Shown here one piece after another: positions 16,757 through 16,997 of a stretch of 16,997 nt of DNA. The first letter of the stretch is position 1. Each line of letters opens with the position of its first letter. The notes beneath the pieces were generated by a model. That model made no database searches, was not told the DNA's origin, and saw only the letters and a program-made list of their open reading frames with translations. This DNA comes from a bacterium (GTDB lineage Bacteria > Hydrothermota > 32-111), in contig JAWOBN010000004.1 in assembly GCA_046484245.1 (NCBI GenBank), positions 1 to 16,997 of the forward strand, read 5' to 3'. The position numbers and the translations under genes are program-made.

Positions 16757-16926
16757 TTACAAAGACCGGGTGTTGCTTCTGTTGCTTAAACTGTCTAAAA
16801 AATATTAAGTGATATTATTGAGCAACTTACATAGCATTTATCAGTTTGTTATAAAATCGGTCATTATACTGGGTTTATGCGGGTTTCATGAGATAAAGCA
16901 ACAAAAGCAACACCCGGTCTTAGTAA
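16757..16926. repeat. 170-bp element bounded by 31-bp inverted repeats (MITE-like or invertible segment)
   Basis: TTACAAAGACCGGGTGTTGCTTCTGTTGCTT (16757-16787) vs AAGCAACAAAAGCAACACCCGGTCTTAGTAA (16896-16926), 29/31 complementary; AT-rich 108-bp interior. Confidence 0.85.
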
Positions 16927-16997
16927 TAGAGAGAGAACATTTTGTAAAATATCCAATGGAGGCTGTGACTCTCTTTTTTTCCAATGTGTCAACACAT

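Noticed and set aside
16928..16980. Intrinsic terminator before the T-run
   Set aside because: Only a weak AGAGAG/CTCTCT pairing with a loop of over 30 nt; no GC-rich stem.

Overview
Bacterial chromosomal window, probably from a diderm lineage with a PorV-type outer-membrane protein; taxonomy cannot be fixed from sequence alone. Three near-consensus sigma70 promoters precede tRNA-Leu(CAA), rpmB and a tightly coupled ~12.9-kb + strand gene run. That run is: PorV-family beta-barrel, truB, ribF, rpsO, pnp, M16 peptidase, dut, then a lipid/glycan block (PatA-like acyltransferase, PimA-like GT4, CE4 deacetylase, UbiA prenyltransferase, exported TPR-like protein, second GT4-like enzyme). It converges on a tandem pair of cation:proton antiporter-like genes on the - strand, which appear to be transcribed leaderless. 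Both large intergenic regions (1-595 and 16311-16629) are mosaics of short 7-bp and 9-bp tandem-repeat modules. These modules are shared between the two loci in both orientations, are nested as inverted pairs, are fused to REP-like hairpins and abut promoters. A 170-bp element with 31-bp inverted repeats lies near the right end. The most notable items are this modular repeat system and the PIM/GPI-like glycolipid gene block.
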